This document shows positions 42,642 to 52,733 of a stretch of 64,000 nt of DNA, one piece after another. The notes below the pieces were generated by a model that saw nothing but the letters and a program-made list of their open reading frames with translations, ran no database searches and was not told where the DNA came from. The stretch spans positions 370,516-434,515 of the forward strand of contig CBDAUL010000007.1 of NCBI GenBank assembly GCA_965200475.1. Direction: 5' to 3'. A program made the position numbers and the translations under genes. The DNA is from Vicinamibacterales bacterium (GTDB taxonomy: Bacteria; Acidobacteriota; Vicinamibacteria; Vicinamibacterales; UBA8438). Numbering within the stretch: position 1 is the first letter of the stretch; every line of letters begins with the position of its first letter.

Positions 42642-43328
42642 ATGACGGCGGCCAGACTCGCGCGCGCGGCAACGTTGGCCGCTCTGCTCTCGGTGCCGGG
42701 CACGGCCTGGTCGCAGGCTGCCGGCGGGGGCGGGCTCCCGCCGACGATCCCGCTCTTCCCCTTGCAGGACGTCGTCCTGTTTCCGGACATGTCGCGCCCC
42801 CTGCACATCTTCGAGCAGCGCTACCGCGACATGGTGACCGAGGCGGTCCAGGGCGACGGGCTGATCGGGATGGTGCTGCTGCGGCCCGGCTACGAAGCCG
42901 ACTACGAGGGCAATCCGCCCATCTTCGAGGTCGGCTGCGCGGGCGAGATCGTGCAGGCCGAGGAGCTCGACGACGGCCGCTGGCTGATCCTCCTGGAGGG
43001 CACGGTCCGCTTCCGCGTGCTCGGCGAGGACCACAGCCGGTCGTACCGCGTGGCCGACGTCGAGGCGCTGGCGGAGCAGAACGACCCGGACGACCGGCGA
43101 GTGCTGCGCGGCTATCGCGAGCAGCTCGCCGAGGTGTTCACCGCCCTGGCGCCCAGCCGCGACACGCCGCCCCAGGACGTGACCGACGCGGATCTGGTCA
43201 ACGCGCTGTCGCAGTTCCTGCCGCTCGCTCCGGAGGACCGCCAGGCGCTGCTCGAGGCGGCCGGTCCGCGGGCGCGTGCGGAGGCGCTGTTCGAGCTGGT
43301 CGACGACCCGGCCAGGAGGCCGCGGTGA
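42642..43328 (+). CDS. LON N-terminal substrate-binding domain protein
   Basis: IPLFPLQDVVLFPDMSRPLHIFEQRYRDMV...GLIGMVLL...EVGCAGEIV...DGRWLILLEGTVRFRV. The ATG at 42642 is preceded by GAGGGGGG; the track start at 42603 is less likely. Confidence 0.75.
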   Translation: MTAARLARAATLAALLSVPGTAWSQAAGGGGLPPTIPLFPLQDVVLFPDMSRPLHIFEQRYRDMVTEAVQGDGLIGMVLLRPGYEADYEGNPPIFEVGCAGEIVQAEELDDGRWLILLEGTVRFRVLGEDHSRSYRVADVEALAEQNDPDDRRVLRGYREQLAEVFTALAPSRDTPPQDVTDADLVNALSQFLPLAPEDRQALLEAAGPRARAEALFELVDDPARRPR

Positions 43329-44374
43329 CGCGCCGCCGCCTCGCCGCGCGCGGCGCCGCCCCGGCGGTGTTGCTCACCGCCCTGGCGCTGGCGCCGCTCG
43401 CGGCGGGCGCCCGGACCGCAGCGCCGGGACCGCAGCGAACCGCCTGGGGCGATCCGGATCTGCAGGGCGTCTGGGACTTCCGCACGATCACGCCGATGGA
43501 GCGGCCGGCGGAGCTGGCCGGGAGGGCGCGGCTGACCGCGGAGGAGGCCGCCGGCTTCGAGGCGCGGGAGAACCGCCGCCAGAACCGCGATCTGGTCGAT
43601 CCGGAGCAGGGCGGGGCCATCTATCCGCCGGCCTCGGAAGGCGGAGTCGTGCCGTACAACGAGTTCTGGTACGACCGCGGCTCGTCGCTCGCGGCGGGCG
43701 GCCGGACGTCGCTCATCGTCGACCCGCCGGACGGACGGCTTCCGCCGCTGGTGCCGGGCGCCCCGCGGCAGGGACGCGCGGTCAGCGCCGACGTGGCCGG
43801 CCAGCGCCCGGTCCGGTTCCGCAGCGGCGGGATCGGGGCGGACGGGCCGGAGGACCGCGCGCTCGGCGAACGCTGCCTGCTCGGCTTCAACGCCGGTCCG
43901 CCGGTCATTCCCAGCGCCTACAACAACACGCTGCAGGTGCTGCAGACGCCGGATCACGTGGTGATCCTGCACGAGATGATCCACGACGCCCGCATCGTGC
44001 CCCTCGACGGGCGGAGGCGCCTGCCGCGGTCGATCCGACAGTGGCTGGGTGACGCCCGCGGACGCTGGGAAGGCGACACGCTGGTGATCGAGACCGCCAA
44101 CTTCACCGACAAGACGGCGAGCTTCAATCCGACCATCCAGAGCGCCGCCGGCACGGGCGCGACATTGCATCTGGTGGAGAGACTGACGCGGACCGGTCCG
44201 CGCGCGTTGCGCTACGAGTTCACTGTCGACGATCCTCACACCTTCACGCGGCCGTTCACGGGCGTCATCCCCATGACGACCGCCGACGGACCGCTTTTCG
44301 AGTACGCCTGCCACGAGGGCAACTACGGGATGTTCAACGTCCTCGCGGGCGCCCGCGCGCAGGAAGCACGGTGA
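43325..44374 (+). CDS. ACHEGNY-motif secreted protein (paralog 4)
   Basis: GTG at 43325 overlaps the upstream stop (GTGA). Blocks WGDPDLQGVWDFRTITPMERP, TSLIVDPPDGRLPP, VLQTPDHVVILHEMIHDARIVPLDG, RWEGDTLVIETANF and LFEYACHEGNYGMFNVLAGAR. Confidence 0.8.
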   Translation: MTRRRLAARGAAPAVLLTALALAPLAAGARTAAPGPQRTAWGDPDLQGVWDFRTITPMERPAELAGRARLTAEEAAGFEARENRRQNRDLVDPEQGGAIYPPASEGGVVPYNEFWYDRGSSLAAGGRTSLIVDPPDGRLPPLVPGAPRQGRAVSADVAGQRPVRFRSGGIGADGPEDRALGERCLLGFNAGPPVIPSAYNNTLQVLQTPDHVVILHEMIHDARIVPLDGRRRLPRSIRQWLGDARGRWEGDTLVIETANFTDKTASFNPTIQSAAGTGATLHLVERLTRTGPRALRYEFTVDDPHTFTRPFTGVIPMTTADGPLFEYACHEGNYGMFNVLAGARAQEAR

Positions 44375-44453
44375 CGCGCGGCCGGCGCGCAGCGCGCGCG
44401 CGCGACGGGTTGCCGGCAAGGGAGAAGCCGGCGACAGGCCGGCGGGGGAGAGG

Positions 44454-45734
44454 ATGGATGCGATGAGGACGTCAACGATGCGCCGGGTGGCCGTGGCGCT
44501 TCCGCTGCTGGCGGCGCTCGGACTGCTCGGCCCCCGCCAGCTCGGTCCCGCGGTCGTCGCAGGCCAGTCGGGCGCCGCCGATGCGACCCCGTTCACCATC
44601 GACGTGCCGGACACGGCGCTCGACGACCTGCAGCGGCGGCTGGATCGCGCCCGCTTTCCGGACGAGCTCGACGGGTCGGGCTGGACGCACGGCACCGACC
44701 TGACCTACCTGCAGCAGCTCGTCGAGTACTGGCGGGACGGCTACGACTGGCGCGCGCAGGAGCGCACGCTGAACGAGTTCCCGCATTTCACCATGAACGT
44801 CGACGGGCTGGACGTGCACTTCATCCATCGCCGTTCGCCGGAGCCGGACGCGCTGCCGCTCATGCTGATCCACGGCTGGCCCGGCACCTTCTTCGAGTTC
44901 TGGAAGACGGTCGACCGGCTCGCCGATCCGGTCAGCCACGGCGGCAGCGCCGAGGACGCCTTCCACGTGGTCGTCCCGTCGCTGCCCGGCTACGGGTTCT
45001 CGGAGCGCCCGCACCGGATGGGGCACTCGCGGCGGCGGACGGCCCGGATGTTCATGGAGGTGATGGCGCGGCTGGGCTACGACCGCTACGGCGTGCAGGC
45101 CGGCGACGTCGGCGCGAGCGTGGCGCACAACATGGCCGTGTACGACGCCGGCCGCGTGGCGGGGCTGCACCTCAACAGTTGCGGCGGCGCGCCGCCCGAC
45201 CCGGAGAACCCGCACGCCGGCCTGACGGACGCGGAAATCGAGCGGCTGCGCGAGCGGCGCGAGTACTTCAGCGACGAGGAGCGGGGCTATCAGCGCATCC
45301 AGGCGACGCGACCGCAGACGCTCGGCTACGGACTGAACGATTCGCCCGTGGGTCTGGCCGCCTGGATCGTCGAGAAGTACCGCACCTGGTGCGACTGCGG
45401 CGGCGATCCGGAGGCGATCTTCACGAAGGACGAGCTGCTGACCACGGTGATGATCTACTGGGTGACCGAAACCGCCACCTCGGCGGCCCGCTACTACTAC
45501 GAGGGCCAGCACATTCCCGAGCCGCCGTACGTGCCGCCGACCGACAGGGTGGAGGTGCCGACCGGCTGCACCGTCTTCCCCGGGGAGCTCGGCTTCAGCC
45601 CGCGGAGCTGGGCCGAGACGCGCTACAACGTCCGGCGGTTCACGTACATGGAGCGCGGCGGGCACTTCGCCGCGCTGGAGCAACCGGAGCTGTTCAGCGA
45701 GGAACTGCGGGCGTTCTACCGGGATCTCCGCTAA
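44454..45734 (+). CDS. Epoxide hydrolase (microsomal-type N-terminal domain + alpha/beta hydrolase)
   Basis: FTIDVPDTALDDLQRRLDRARFPDEL...YDWRAQERTLNEFPHFT..VDGLDVHFIH...PLMLIHGWPGTFFEF...GDVGA...ERGGHFAALEQPELF. Confidence 0.85.
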   Translation: MDAMRTSTMRRVAVALPLLAALGLLGPRQLGPAVVAGQSGAADATPFTIDVPDTALDDLQRRLDRARFPDELDGSGWTHGTDLTYLQQLVEYWRDGYDWRAQERTLNEFPHFTMNVDGLDVHFIHRRSPEPDALPLMLIHGWPGTFFEFWKTVDRLADPVSHGGSAEDAFHVVVPSLPGYGFSERPHRMGHSRRRTARMFMEVMARLGYDRYGVQAGDVGASVAHNMAVYDAGRVAGLHLNSCGGAPPDPENPHAGLTDAEIERLRERREYFSDEERGYQRIQATRPQTLGYGLNDSPVGLAAWIVEKYRTWCDCGGDPEAIFTKDELLTTVMIYWVTETATSAARYYYEGQHIPEPPYVPPTDRVEVPTGCTVFPGELGFSPRSWAETRYNVRRFTYMERGGHFAALEQPELFSEELRAFYRDLR

Positions 45735-45740
45735 CCGCCC

Positions 45741-48107
45741 GTGGCGAAACCCCGCGGCGCGACGCAACCCCTCCGTCCCGAACCCGGCGGCGTGCGGCGC
45801 CGTCGCCGGCACCCGGCCCGCGGGTGGCTGCCCCTGGCCCTGGTGCTGCCGTGGGCGGCGGCGCAGGCGGCCGCCGCGCAGCCTCCCGCCGGATTCGCGG
45901 GCACTGATCTGCCGGTCGTCATCCAGGGGCCGCCGCCGCCCGAGCCGCCGGCCGTGTTCACGCGCGACGCCGCCGGCCGCATGACCATCCGGGCCATCCG
46001 CCTCGCCGAGCCCCTCGACATCGACGGGGAGCTGGACGAACCCTACTACCGGGACGTGCCGGGGATGACCGACTTCGTGCAGGTCGAGCCCATCGAAGGC
46101 GCCCCCGCCACCGAGCAGACCGAGGTGTGGCTGGCGTTCGACGACGACAACGTCTACATCAGCGGCCGTTGCTGGGACTCGGCGCCGGAGTCGCGCTGGG
46201 TCGCCAACGAGCTGCGCCGCGACAGCTTCAACATCGGCCAGAACGAGTACATCGACATCGTGCTCGACACCTTCTACGACCGCCGCAACGGCATCAACCT
46301 GACGGTCAATCCGCTCGGCGGCCGGATGGACGGGCAGATCACCGACGAGCGCGACTACAGCGCCGACTGGAATCCCATCTGGTCCGTGCGGGCGGGGCGG
46401 TTCCCCGGCGGGTGGACGTTCGAGTCGGCCATTCCGTTCAAGTCGCTGCGCTACCGCTCGGGCCGGGCGCAGGTGTGGGGGTTCAGCCTCACCCGCAAGG
46501 TCCGCTGGAAGAACGAGCTGTCGTCGCTCGTGCCGCTGCCGATCTCGCAAGGCATCATGCTGATATCGCAGGCCGCGACCGTGGTCGGCATCGAGGCCCC
46601 CGCCGGCGGCGGGCGCACGCTCGAGATCAAGCCGTACGCCATCGGGGACGTGACGACCGATCGCGCCGCGTCGCCGGCGCTCTCGAACGCGCTGCACGCC
46701 GAGGCCGGGCTCGACGTGAAGTACGCGCTGACGCAGAACCTGGTGGCGGACGCCACCGTCAACACCGACTTCGCCCAAGTGGAGGTGGACGAGCAGCAGG
46801 TCAACCTCACCCGCTTCGGCCTGTTCTATCCCGAAAAGCGGGAGTTCTTTCTGGAGAACCAGGGGGTCTTCGCGTTCGGCGGGACGGCGAACAACCTGTA
46901 CGGGGATGTCAGCCCCAACGTGCCGATCCTGTTCTACAGCCGCCGTATCGGCCTGGAGGAGCACGGCGGCGTCACGGCCGAGGTGCCGATGGAGGCGGGC
47001 GGGCGGCTGACCGGCCGGCTGGGCGCGTTCAGCGTCGGGGCGCTGCACATCCGGACCGGGAATCAGCCCCGCACCGACACGGTCGCGACGGACTTCTCGG
47101 TGATGCGCGTCAAGCGCGACGTGCTGCGGCGCAGCAGCATCGGGGCGCTGGTGGCCCGGCGCTCGGTCTCGCGGCGGGGCGCGGGGGGCAACGACACGTA
47201 CGGCCTGGACGGCACGTTCTCGTTCTACGACGACCTGAACATCAACACCTACTGGGCGCGCACCGCCACCGCCGGGATGCAGGACGAGCTCAGCTACCGG
47301 GCGCAGCTCGACTACGCCGGCGACCGCTACGGCGTGCAGCTCGAGCGGCTCGTGGTCGGGCGCGGCTTCAATCCGGAGATCGGGTTCCTGCGGCGGGACG
47401 ACTTCGAGGGCAGCTTCGCCGCGCTGCGCTTCAGCCCGCGGCCCGCGGCCATCGAGGCGATCCGGCAGGTGACCTGGGAAGGCAGCGTCGACCACATCGA
47501 GGATCGCGCCGGCCTGCTCGAGACGCGCGAGCAGATCGCCCACTTCGGCATCGAGTTCGAGAGCAGCGACCTGTTCGACGTCTTCTACACGCGCAGCTAC
47601 GAGTTTCTGAAGGAGCCGTTCCCCATCGCGCCGGGCGTCGTGCTGCCGGTCGACGGCTACGACTTCCAGCAGGTGGAGGTCTCGTTCGCCCTCGGCCAGC
47701 AGCGGCCGTTCGCGGGCGCGGTGGGCGTCGTGCAGGGTTCGTTCTACGGCGGGGACAAGACCACCGTCAATCTGTCGCAGGGCCGGCTCGAGATCACGCC
47801 GCAGTTGTCGCTCGAGCCCAGCGTCTCGTTCAACTGGATCGATCTGCCGCAGGGCCGGTTCTCGACCGAGCTGGTGACGACCCGGACCACGTACACGCTG
47901 TCGCCGTTGATGTTCGTCAGCGCGCTCGTGCAATATAACTCCAGCAACGCGTCGCTCGGCGCGAACGTGCGCCTGCGCTGGGAGTACCAGCCGGGCAGCG
48001 AGCTGTTCGTCGTGTACAACGAGGCGCGCGACACGCTGCGGCCGGGACGTCCCGAGTTGCGCGACCGCGCGTTCATCATCAAGATCAACCGGTTGTTCCG
48101 GCTGTGA
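45741..48107 (+). CDS. DUF5916 / carbohydrate-binding-family-9-like outer-membrane protein
   Basis: IDGELDEPYYRDV...VWLAFDDDNVYISGRCWDS...DIVLDTFYDRRNG..L.VNPLGGRMDGQ...DWNPIWSVRAGRFPGGWTFESAIPFKSLRY, followed by a long beta-strand-rich region ending in INRLFRL. GTG start. Confidence 0.7.
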   Translation: MAKPRGATQPLRPEPGGVRRRRRHPARGWLPLALVLPWAAAQAAAAQPPAGFAGTDLPVVIQGPPPPEPPAVFTRDAAGRMTIRAIRLAEPLDIDGELDEPYYRDVPGMTDFVQVEPIEGAPATEQTEVWLAFDDDNVYISGRCWDSAPESRWVANELRRDSFNIGQNEYIDIVLDTFYDRRNGINLTVNPLGGRMDGQITDERDYSADWNPIWSVRAGRFPGGWTFESAIPFKSLRYRSGRAQVWGFSLTRKVRWKNELSSLVPLPISQGIMLISQAATVVGIEAPAGGGRTLEIKPYAIGDVTTDRAASPALSNALHAEAGLDVKYALTQNLVADATVNTDFAQVEVDEQQVNLTRFGLFYPEKREFFLENQGVFAFGGTANNLYGDVSPNVPILFYSRRIGLEEHGGVTAEVPMEAGGRLTGRLGAFSVGALHIRTGNQPRTDTVATDFSVMRVKRDVLRRSSIGALVARRSVSRRGAGGNDTYGLDGTFSFYDDLNINTYWARTATAGMQDELSYRAQLDYAGDRYGVQLERLVVGRGFNPEIGFLRRDDFEGSFAALRFSPRPAAIEAIRQVTWEGSVDHIEDRAGLLETREQIAHFGIEFESSDLFDVFYTRSYEFLKEPFPIAPGVVLPVDGYDFQQVEVSFALGQQRPFAGAVGVVQGSFYGGDKTTVNLSQGRLEITPQLSLEPSVSFNWIDLPQGRFSTELVTTRTTYTLSPLMFVSALVQYNSSNASLGANVRLRWEYQPGSELFVVYNEARDTLRPGRPELRDRAFIIKINRLFRL

Positions 48108-48125
48108 ATGGGCAGGGAGGTCGAG

Positions 48126-48629
48126 ATGCAACGCACGTTGGGATGTCTGGCGCTGGCGCTCGCGGCCGCGGCAGCGGTCGTCGCGGCACAGGAGGGCGAG
48201 CAGGGATCGGACCCGTTCAACGGGACCTGGCGCCTCAACATCGAGAAGACGAAGGAGCTGTCGGGCGGGACATCGCCGGTGCACGAGATCATCACCTTCC
48301 GGATCGGCGACGACGGCGTGCAGCACTACCAGGTCGAGATCCAGAGCAGCGCGGACGAGCCGCTGCGCCAGGGCTGGTACGACTCGAAGTACAACGAGGC
48401 GAAGTTCGTGCCCTACAACGGCACGATCTATCCGGAAGACGCCGGCATGGAGGTCATGACGGTCAAGGTCGACGAGCGGACGCACTACCGCATCGCCCGG
48501 ACGCGCGCCGGCGAGGCGCGCTACGTCATGATGCGGCGGCTTGCCGAGGACGGGCAGTCGTACATCTCGGCCGGCCTGCGGATAGACGGCTCGCCGGGCC
48601 TGTACCGCTGGATGGAACGGGTGGAGTAG
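48126..48629 (+). CDS. Hypothetical secreted protein (lipocalin-like size)
   Basis: ATG at 48126 after AGGGAGG (MQRTLGCLALALAAAAAVVAAQ). I recognise no motif. Confidence 0.55.
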   Translation: MQRTLGCLALALAAAAAVVAAQEGEQGSDPFNGTWRLNIEKTKELSGGTSPVHEIITFRIGDDGVQHYQVEIQSSADEPLRQGWYDSKYNEAKFVPYNGTIYPEDAGMEVMTVKVDERTHYRIARTRAGEARYVMMRRLAEDGQSYISAGLRIDGSPGLYRWMERVE

Positions 48630-48651
48630 CGCCCCGGGGAGGAACCGAACC

Positions 48652-49149
48652 GTGCGGATACGAAATCTCGTAGCGGCGGCAGCGCTCGTGGGAATGGGTG
48701 TGGCGATCGGTTGGAGCTCGGCGCCCGGCGATGCCGCGGCGGCCGGCGGCGCGCTCACGGCACAGGACTACGCCGAGATCCAGCAGCTCTACTGGCGCTA
48801 CAACCACGGCGGCGACTTTCGGGACAGCGAGCTGTGGCTGTCGGCCTTCACGGACGATGCCGTCTTCAGCGTGGGCGAGCGGACGCTCCGCGGCAGGGAG
48901 GAGCTCGTCGCGATGCGCGCCGAGCGGGACGCGGGTCAGGGCGACCGGGGCCGGCGCCACTGGAACAACGGGTGGCGCATCGTGCCCACGCCCGACGGCG
49001 CGGAGGCCCGCGTCTACTGGATCGTGGTGGACGTCGGCACCGGGACGCCCTTCACCGACCGGTCCGGCTACTACGACGACAAGTACGTCAAGACAGCGGA
49101 CGGCTGGCGCATCAAGGAACGGGCCATCACCTTCGACAGCGCCGGATAG
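48652..49149 (+). CDS. Secreted SnoaL-like (NTF2-fold) protein
   Basis: LTAQDYAEIQQLYWRYNHGGDF...RRHWNNGWRIVPTPDGAEARVYWIVVDV...GYYDDKYVKTADGWRIKER. Tandem paralog of the protein at 49192. Confidence 0.75.
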   Translation: MRIRNLVAAAALVGMGVAIGWSSAPGDAAAAGGALTAQDYAEIQQLYWRYNHGGDFRDSELWLSAFTDDAVFSVGERTLRGREELVAMRAERDAGQGDRGRRHWNNGWRIVPTPDGAEARVYWIVVDVGTGTPFTDRSGYYDDKYVKTADGWRIKERAITFDSAG

Positions 49150-49191
49150 CGCTCCGGGCGCCATGGCCGCAGGCAAGCAAGGGAGGGAATC

Positions 49192-49692
49192 GTGAAGACA
49201 AGGCACTTGTTGGCAGCAGCGGCGCTGGTCGCGGTCGGCGTCGTGATCGGTTGGGTCTCGGCGCCGGGGACGACCGCCGCCGCGGCCGGTACGCTCACGG
49301 CGCAGGATTACGCCGAGATCGAGCAGCTCTACTGGCGCTACAACCACGGCGCCGACTTCCGGGACGGCGACCTCTTCGTGTCGGCGTTCGCCGACGACGC
49401 GGTATTCGAGGCGGGCGGGCAGAAGATCACCGGCCGGGAGGAGCTCACCGCCTACCGCGTCGAGCGGCACGCGGGGCAGACCGGCGACACCGGGCGCCGC
49501 CACTGGAACAACAGTTGGCGCATCGTCCCGACCGCCGACGGCGCCGAGGCGCGCGTCTACTGGATCCTGGTGGACGTCAGCGGCGGCGCGCCGAATACGG
49601 TCGCATCCGGCTACTACGACGACACGTACGTCAAGACCGCCGGGGGCTGGCGGTTCAAGACCCGCACCATCACCGCCGACCGCGCCGGCTAG
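49192..49692 (+). CDS. Secreted SnoaL-like (NTF2-fold) protein
   Basis: LTAQDYAEIEQLYWRYNHGADF...RRHWNNSWRIVPTADGAEARVYWILVDV...GYYDDTYVKTAGGWRFKTR. Confidence 0.75.
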   Translation: MKTRHLLAAAALVAVGVVIGWVSAPGTTAAAAGTLTAQDYAEIEQLYWRYNHGADFRDGDLFVSAFADDAVFEAGGQKITGREELTAYRVERHAGQTGDTGRRHWNNSWRIVPTADGAEARVYWILVDVSGGAPNTVASGYYDDTYVKTAGGWRFKTRTITADRAG

Positions 49693-49758
49693 GAAGACCG
49701 GGAGTCTGCACCGCAGGACGGTGCAGACTCCCCACGGCGCGCCCCATCTGATGGACGC

Positions 49759-50286
49759 TCACCAGGGCGTCGACTTCGACTCCGTTGCCCAGCGGGTCTC
49801 GCTCCAGCCCCGCATGGACCCGCGCGTCTTGATCCGCCAGCCGTCAGGGGTGCGCACGAACGTGTCGAAGTAGTGGCCGTGCCCCACGATCGCGGGCGGT
49901 GACTGGAGGGTGTCGACCACGATCCAGTAGCCCCTGCCCTTGGCGCCCTCCGGGGTTCCCTTGACGAGGATGTTGGTGGTCACGTGCGTGATCCCCCTCC
50001 CCTCGGCGCCGGGTCGATCCCTGAAACGTCCACGCAGTCCCTCCGTTCCCTCCCAGACCTCGCCGGCGCCGCTCGTGAAGACGGCGTCGTCGGCCCAGGC
50101 CGAGAGCCACAGCTCCTCGTCCTGAAAATCGAAGCCCTGGGCGTAGCGGTAGTAGAGCCGCTCGATTTCCGCGATGTCCTGCCCGGTCAGCTCGCCCGAG
50201 CCGCCCCGCCCCTGGGCGTACGCCCAGCCCACGGCCGCCACGACACCGATCAGCACGACCGCAACCAACAGACGCCGATTCCGCAT
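49759..50286 (-). CDS. Secreted SnoaL-like (NTF2-fold) protein
   Basis: Internal ATG at 50286 after GGAGG. MRNRRLLVAVVLIGVVAAVGWAYAQ...LTGQDIAEIERLYYRYAQGFDF...HYFDTFVRTPDGWRIKTR. Confidence 0.7.
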   Translation of the reverse strand: MRNRRLLVAVVLIGVVAAVGWAYAQGRGGSGELTGQDIAEIERLYYRYAQGFDFQDEELWLSAWADDAVFTSGAGEVWEGTEGLRGRFRDRPGAEGRGITHVTTNILVKGTPEGAKGRGYWIVVDTLQSPPAIVGHGHYFDTFVRTPDGWRIKTRGSMRGWSETRWATESKSTPW

Positions 50287-50445
50287 GACCAATCCTCCTG
50301 TGATGCCGGATGTTCGAGCCGGAGCCGCGCCGCGCGCGGGCTCGCCGGAAGCTACGTGAGACACGGGGAGAATGCTTGCACGAAACGGGCGGCCGGGACC
50401 ACTGCGCCGGGCCTGCACCGGGGCCGTCATGCTATCGTTCTGCGC

Positions 50446-51498
50446 ATGCGGGAACCTCGGCGCCGCTGGCTGCGGCCTGTTTTCTGTGGCGTTGCGCTGC
50501 TCGCGGCGGCGGCCGCCGCGCCCGGTTCGAGCGCGGGACAGGTCGACTCGCGCGCTTCCGAAGACTGGGTGGCGCCGCGCACGCCGGACGGACAGCCGGA
50601 CATCCAGGGCGTCTGGACGAACGCCACGATGACGCCGCTGGAGCGGCCGAGCAGGCTCGCCGACAAGCCGTTCTACAGCGAGACGGAGGCGGCCGAGTTG
50701 GAGCGCGCCGCGCGCCGGCAGCGGGAGCGCGCGTTCGCGCCGGGCGCCGTCCGTGTCGAGCGCCTGCCGCCCGGCAGCAGCTTTGCGGGCTACAACGCCG
50801 CCATCTGGTCCGGCACGCGCTCGATCGCGCCTACGCGCCGGACGTCGATAGTCGTGGATCCGCCGAGCGGCCGCGTCCCGCTGCGCCCGGAGGCGGTGGC
50901 TCGGCGCAACTACCTGGCGGCGCATCGCACCGATAGCTACGAGAACATGAGCGTCTACACGCGCTGCATCACGCGGGGCGTGCCGGGGGCGCTGATCCCG
51001 AACTTCTACAACGCCGGCAACCTGATTCTGCAGACCCCGGGCTACGTCGTGATTCTAACCGAGATGATCGGCGAGGCGCGCATCATCCCGCTGGACGACG
51101 GGCCGGCACTCGATCCCGCCATCGGCCTCTGGATGGGCGACTCGCGCGGGCGGTGGGAAGGGGAGACGCTGGTCGTCGAGACCACCAACTTCACGGAGAA
51201 GGGCTGGATCACGCCGAACCAGAACGCCGGCCGGATGCATGGCGTGCCGGTCACGCGCGGCCTGCGGGTGATCGAGCGATTCACCCGCGTGAGCGAGGAC
51301 ATCCTCGACTGGCGCGCCACGGTCGAGGACCCGTCCCTCTACACCGCGCCCTGGACCCTGGAGCTGCCCCTCACGCGCGACCCGGCCTACGATCTCTACG
51401 AGTACGCCTGCCACGAGGGCAACTACGCCGTGCCCAACATCCTGCGCGGCGCCCGCGTCCAGGAGCGGAGAGCCGCTGCGGAGGATGGCGCCGGCTAG
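50446..51498 (+). CDS. ACHEGNY-motif secreted protein (paralog 5)
   Basis: MREPRRRWLRPVFCGVALLAAAAAAPGSSA. Blocks PDGQPDIQGVWTNATMTPLERP, TSIVVDPPSGRVP, ILQTPGYVVILTEMIGEARIIPLDD, RWEGETLVVETTNF and LYEYACHEGNYAVPNILRGAR. Confidence 0.8.
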   Translation: MREPRRRWLRPVFCGVALLAAAAAAPGSSAGQVDSRASEDWVAPRTPDGQPDIQGVWTNATMTPLERPSRLADKPFYSETEAAELERAARRQRERAFAPGAVRVERLPPGSSFAGYNAAIWSGTRSIAPTRRTSIVVDPPSGRVPLRPEAVARRNYLAAHRTDSYENMSVYTRCITRGVPGALIPNFYNAGNLILQTPGYVVILTEMIGEARIIPLDDGPALDPAIGLWMGDSRGRWEGETLVVETTNFTEKGWITPNQNAGRMHGVPVTRGLRVIERFTRVSEDILDWRATVEDPSLYTAPWTLELPLTRDPAYDLYEYACHEGNYAVPNILRGARVQERRAAAEDGAG

Positions 51499-51518
51499 GC
51501 GCGCTTCGGGCAGGCTGC

Positions 51519-52733
51519 TCAAGCGATGGGTATCGTCTGGAGGTGCGCTGCGATGGCCTGCGCGGCTTCGGCAGCAAGCGGCAGATGCCGCCATTCGCCG
51601 CGCCAATGCTGGTGGAACAGGGCGACGGTTTCGCGGGCGGCATCGAGCACGAGCTTTTCCGGTAGCAGGGCCTTGGCGGCCAGATGGGCCAGCTCGTCCT
51701 CGGAGAACTCGGAGAAGCGTCGCGTCCGGCTGAATTTCAGGGCCGCGCTGTCGTCCGGGAGGTAGGCGATCGTCGACACGAGGTCGTAGGCCGGCGCCAG
51801 GGCGGCGTGCCGCCGGTCAGGGTAGATCAGCGACCAGTTCTTCAGGTGCATGTCGGCGTTGCCGATCAGGGTGTTGAAGGTCAGCCGCCTGATGAACTCG
51901 ACGATGTCGTCGCCGCGGCACTCGGCGCCGATGACAGCGCCGATACTGCGGGCGCTGGCGCGCCGGTACTTGTCCTCCGGATAGACGCCGAATACCTGGG
52001 CGAAATCCTCGACGTGCACGGCGCCGCCCGCGGGAGACCGGTCGAAACGCTCGATCGCGAGCGCCTGGCCGTCGACCGTGCCGATACCGTCCGGCAGATT
52101 CCGGATGGCAGCGACATCGACCAGCCTGAACGCGGGTACGTCCATGCCGCTCAGCCTGGCAAGTGTCAACATCGAGAATTCGTTTTCGGGAACGCGCGCG
52201 AATCGGCGCGACGGCAGCTTGACGATCCACGACCCGCCGATTCCGCGGGCCGGGATGGTGAGGCCTCCGCTGGCCTCCATCACGGCGGAGAGCTTGAGTT
52301 GCATGCCGGCCAGGGAGAACCTCAGCGCGTTGTCACGTCGATGGTCGTCGTCGGCGGCGCCGGACTCGTCGGGAGGCCACGCATCGTGGTGGGCCGGACG
52401 GATCGTAACGGCGCCCGGCAGATCGGCGCCGAGCACCCAGAGCAGGAAGAACTCGCGTACGGGGTTGACGCCTGCGCGCTGCGCAACATAGGTCCGCAGG
52501 TGCCCTTCGGGCAGCAGGTTCGAGAAGAACGGCATGAGCCGCGTCCTGGTGGGCCTGAAGACAGTGAGCAGCCCACCGAGCTGCTCCTTGAAGCTCAGCC
52601 CTAGTACAGGCCGGTCCTCGTCCGCAACGTAGGCGTCGTTGAAGGCGAAGAGCGTCTGGTCGCCGCCGACACGGGTGAGCGTCCCAATCGGTTCGTGATG
52701 CAGCAGGACGTCGAGGATATCGACGTCAGCCAT
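51519..52733 (-). CDS. hipA: HipA-family serine/threonine kinase toxin
   Basis: Internal ATG at 52733. N-terminal coupling domain (LDVLLHHEPIGTLTRVG...FAFNDAYV...PVLGLSF...FFSNLLPEG). Kinase core (AGMQLKLS, ...IVKLP, FNTLIGNADMHLKNWSLIY). Confidence 0.85.
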   Translation of the reverse strand: MADVDILDVLLHHEPIGTLTRVGGDQTLFAFNDAYVADEDRPVLGLSFKEQLGGLLTVFRPTRTRLMPFFSNLLPEGHLRTYVAQRAGVNPVREFFLLWVLGADLPGAVTIRPAHHDAWPPDESGAADDDHRRDNALRFSLAGMQLKLSAVMEASGGLTIPARGIGGSWIVKLPSRRFARVPENEFSMLTLARLSGMDVPAFRLVDVAAIRNLPDGIGTVDGQALAIERFDRSPAGGAVHVEDFAQVFGVYPEDKYRRASARSIGAVIGAECRGDDIVEFIRRLTFNTLIGNADMHLKNWSLIYPDRRHAALAPAYDLVSTIAYLPDDSAALKFSRTRRFSEFSEDELAHLAAKALLPEKLVLDAARETVALFHQHWRGEWRHLPLAAEAAQAIAAHLQTIPIA

